Source of the DNA: Eubacterium sp.
GTDB lineage: Bacteria > Bacillota > Clostridia > Lachnospirales > Lachnospiraceae
Length of the DNA stretch: 64,000 bases
Assembly (NCBI GenBank): GCA_017437905.1
Contig: JAFRWY010000020.1
Coordinates: 7,632 to 71,631 of the forward strand
Reading direction: 5' to 3'
Shown: one piece after another, positions 61,998 through 64,000 of the stretch
Layout: each line of letters begins with the position of its first letter
How positions within the stretch are numbered: position 1 is the stretch's first letter
Notes under the pieces: model-generated
Database searches by the model: none
What the model was told of the DNA's origin: nothing
What the model saw: only the letters and a program-made list of their open reading frames with translations
Translations under genes and position numbers: made by a program

Positions 61998-63000
61998 GGA
62001 ATGTGTGACCCTGGCAGAGGGCGGACACAGGACCTACCAGGTATCCTGTGGAACCTTATATAAGAAGAACGGTGTCCGCATGGCAGGGTTCGGGGATGCT
62101 GCCTCCGGCAGGCTGGGACGTATGCTTGGTACGGCGCGGAAAGCATACCGGATGGCCCTGAAGGTGGACGCGGAGGTGTATCATTTCCATGATCCCGAGC
62201 TTCTTCCCTACGGACTGAAGCTGAAGCGGAAGGGGAAGAAGGTGATCTTCGACAGCCATGAGGATGTTCCGGGACAGATCCTGGACAAGACATGGATCCC
62301 GGCACCGCTCAGGAAGATCATTTCCGGTTTGTACCGGAAATATGAAACCCATGTGGTAAAGCATCTGGACGCAGTGGTTGCGGCAACGCCCCATATCGCG
62401 GAGAAATTCGAGGGCCGGGCGAAGAAGGTGGTTGTTGTAAATAATTTCCCGAATCTGGATGATATCCGTTTCCAGAAGGCGCCATTTGCAGGAAGAGAAG
62501 CCCTGGTCTGCTATGCCGGCGGGATCGATGAAAACCGCGGCGAGAGCATTATGAAGCACGCCATGGAGGGGGTTCCCGGGGAACTGGTGATCGCGGGGGA
62601 TCATCCGGAAGAAAAGCAGGAAAATGTGACCTATGTGGGCCGTCTGGACCGGGACGGCGTCAATGATCTGTACGGTCGTTCCGTGGCAGGACTCTGCATC
62701 CTGAAACCCATTGAAAATTATTACTATTCCCAGCCGATCAAAATGTATGAATACATGGCGGCGGGCCTTCCCTTTATCTGCTCGGATTTTCCGGGCTGGA
62801 GGAAGGTGGCCGAGGAAAGCGGCGGCGGCATCCTGGTGGATCCCACGGACAATGACGGGATCCGCTCTGCGATCACGGGTCTTCTTACGGACCGGGAGAA
62901 GGCGGAACGTATGGGACGCAAGGGCCGCGACTATGTTGTTGCAAACTGTACATGGGAGAATGAGGCGAAGACACTGCTCCGCCTGTATGAGGAATTATGA
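61939..63000 (+). CDS. GT4-family glycosyltransferase
   Basis: MKVCHITSAHPQEDIRIFHKEC N-terminus and a GT-B C-terminal half with the YSQPIKMYEYMAAGLPFICSD (E-x7-E-like) region. AGGAGAG lies 9 nt upstream. Confidence 0.8.
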   Translation: MKVCHITSAHPQEDIRIFHKECVTLAEGGHRTYQVSCGTLYKKNGVRMAGFGDAASGRLGRMLGTARKAYRMALKVDAEVYHFHDPELLPYGLKLKRKGKKVIFDSHEDVPGQILDKTWIPAPLRKIISGLYRKYETHVVKHLDAVVAATPHIAEKFEGRAKKVVVVNNFPNLDDIRFQKAPFAGREALVCYAGGIDENRGESIMKHAMEGVPGELVIAGDHPEEKQENVTYVGRLDRDGVNDLYGRSVAGLCILKPIENYYYSQPIKMYEYMAAGLPFICSDFPGWRKVAEESGGGILVDPTDNDGIRSAITGLLTDREKAERMGRKGRDYVVANCTWENEAKTLLRLYEEL

Positions 63001-64000
63001 AAGTACTGATTGTATCCAGAGGAATTCCGACAAAACAAAATCCCCTTCTCGGAAGCTTTGAGTGGGATCAGGCCAGGGCGCTCTGCAAAGCGGGGCACCA
63101 GGTGACCTTCTTTGCACTGGATCTTCGTTCGATTCGAAGGAAGAGAAGCTTCGGTATCTTTCAGAGGGAGACCGACGGGATGCGGATATTTGTTCACTCG
63201 CTGCCGGTAGGAGCCATTCCGCCGGCGCTGTTTGTAAAGGCGGGTGAGAGAGCTCTGCTTTCTCTTTATAAAAGAGCATTTCGCGCCGGTGACCGTCCGG
63301 ATGTGGTCCATGCACATTTTACGGATATGGGCTGCATCGCCTCGGTATTAAAGCGGAAAAAATCTCTTCCGCTTGTGATCACGGAGCATTCCTCGATCAT
63401 GGGACGGGAGGAAGTACCGGAGAGTACCCTGCGGATGGCGAAGAAGGGATATGCCGCGGCAGATTGTCTGATCGCCGTCAGCGGTGAACTTTCGGCAAAG
63501 ATCCTGCAGCATACCGGCATGGAGAGCCGGGTGATCCAGAATATCATCGATCCGGAAGTTTTTCTTAAGTGTCCGAAACAGGAACATACGGGTTTCCGGT
63601 TTATCTCCGTGTCCAATCTGATCCCCAGGAAGCGGATCGGTCTTTTGATCGATGCCTTCGCACGGGTCCGGAGGAATGCACCGGAGGCATGTCTGGATAT
63701 TGTCGGAGACGGTGAAGAGCGGGCAATGCTGGAGGAGAAGGTAACGTCCTACGGGCTTACGGATGCGGTTTCCTTTGCGGGAGGCCTGCCCAGGCCGGAG
63801 GTCGCAGAGCATCTTGCGGCAGCGGATGCTTTCGTGCTTCCCTCGGAACTGGAGACATTCGGTGTGGTATATGCCGAAGCCATGATGGCCGGACTTCCGG
63901 TGATCGCGACTACCTGCGGAGGACCGCAGGATTTTGTAAAGGATTTTACAGGACTTCTGGGTGCGTATGATACGGAGGAGACCCTGGCGGAGGCCATGGA
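62997..64000 (+). CDS. GT4-family glycosyltransferase, 3' end beyond the window (absent from the ORF track because no stop is reached)
   Basis: My own translation from ATG 62997 (ATGA overlap with the upstream stop) is open to nt 64000. It reads MKVLIVSRGIPTKQNPLLGSFEWDQARAL...VVHAHFTD...LPSELETFGVVYAEAMMAGLPVIATTCGGPQDF, with the EX7E motif. Confidence 0.8.
   Translation, partial: MKVLIVSRGIPTKQNPLLGSFEWDQARALCKAGHQVTFFALDLRSIRRKRSFGIFQRETDGMRIFVHSLPVGAIPPALFVKAGERALLSLYKRAFRAGDRPDVVHAHFTDMGCIASVLKRKKSLPLVITEHSSIMGREEVPESTLRMAKKGYAAADCLIAVSGELSAKILQHTGMESRVIQNIIDPEVFLKCPKQEHTGFRFISVSNLIPRKRIGLLIDAFARVRRNAPEACLDIVGDGEERAMLEEKVTSYGLTDAVSFAGGLPRPEVAEHLAAADAFVLPSELETFGVVYAEAMMAGLPVIATTCGGPQDFVKDFTGLLGAYDTEETLAEAM

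Noticed and set aside
1-64000. Search for mobile elements, prophage, defence systems, toxin-antitoxin pairs, tRNA/rRNA and CRISPR
   Set aside because: I recognised no integrase, transposase, recombinase, restriction/modification, Cas, abortive-infection-type ATPase/nuclease or phage structural signature. I saw no tRNA-like cloverleaf regions by eye. The accessory character of the window comes from surface-polymer and repeat-protein genes instead.

Overview
All calls are from reading the sequence and from remembered family motifs; no search tools were run. The window looks like a chromosomal segment of a Clostridia-class Firmicute. The signs are GGAGG-type ribosome binding sites, hairpin-plus-T terminators, a T-box leader, a c-di-GMP-type leader, a ComEC/S20/HolA neighbourhood and many CW_binding_1 repeat proteins. 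The DNA is moderately GC-rich with strong third-position bias, which produces many long spurious antisense ORFs. About 40 real genes are visible and almost all are on the + strand. I found no rRNA, tRNA, CRISPR array, integrase or transposase. Region 1-30.4 kb holds mixed housekeeping and accessory genes: a TetR-MMPL-lipoprotein operon, ppk1, an orphan histidine kinase translationally coupled to a GerMN lipoprotein, comEC, rpsT, holA, glgB, putP, ung, a MATE transporter fused to an anti-sigma-kinase-like ATPase domain, a Leu T-box plus long-form leuA, and three envelope proteins of unknown role. Two stand-alone CW_binding_1 surface proteins also lie here, one behind a candidate c-di-GMP-I riboswitch. 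Region 30.4-64 kb, which runs off the window edge, is a one-strand cell-envelope glycopolymer island with two biosynthetic modules. Module A has a CapD-type dehydratase, a fused double DegT aminotransferase, a small phosphoglycosyl transferase, LicD, an orphan GT-like protein, a Wzy-like protein and a PCP-like protein. Module B has a WbpA/B/D/E-like diacetamido-uronic-acid pathway, a second phosphoglycosyl transferase, a second PCP-like and Wzy-like protein and several GT4 enzymes. Five secreted CW_binding_1 repeat proteins are embedded among these genes, with GH5, CAP, no-enzyme, GH25 and metallo-beta-lactamase heads. The main hypothesis is that the island encodes both a wall polymer and the proteins that dock on or edit it. 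This would parallel the pneumococcal teichoic-acid/choline-binding-protein system (LytC-like and Pce-like architectures, LicD, AATGal-type initiation logic). No choline-activation genes are visible, so the ligand is unknown.
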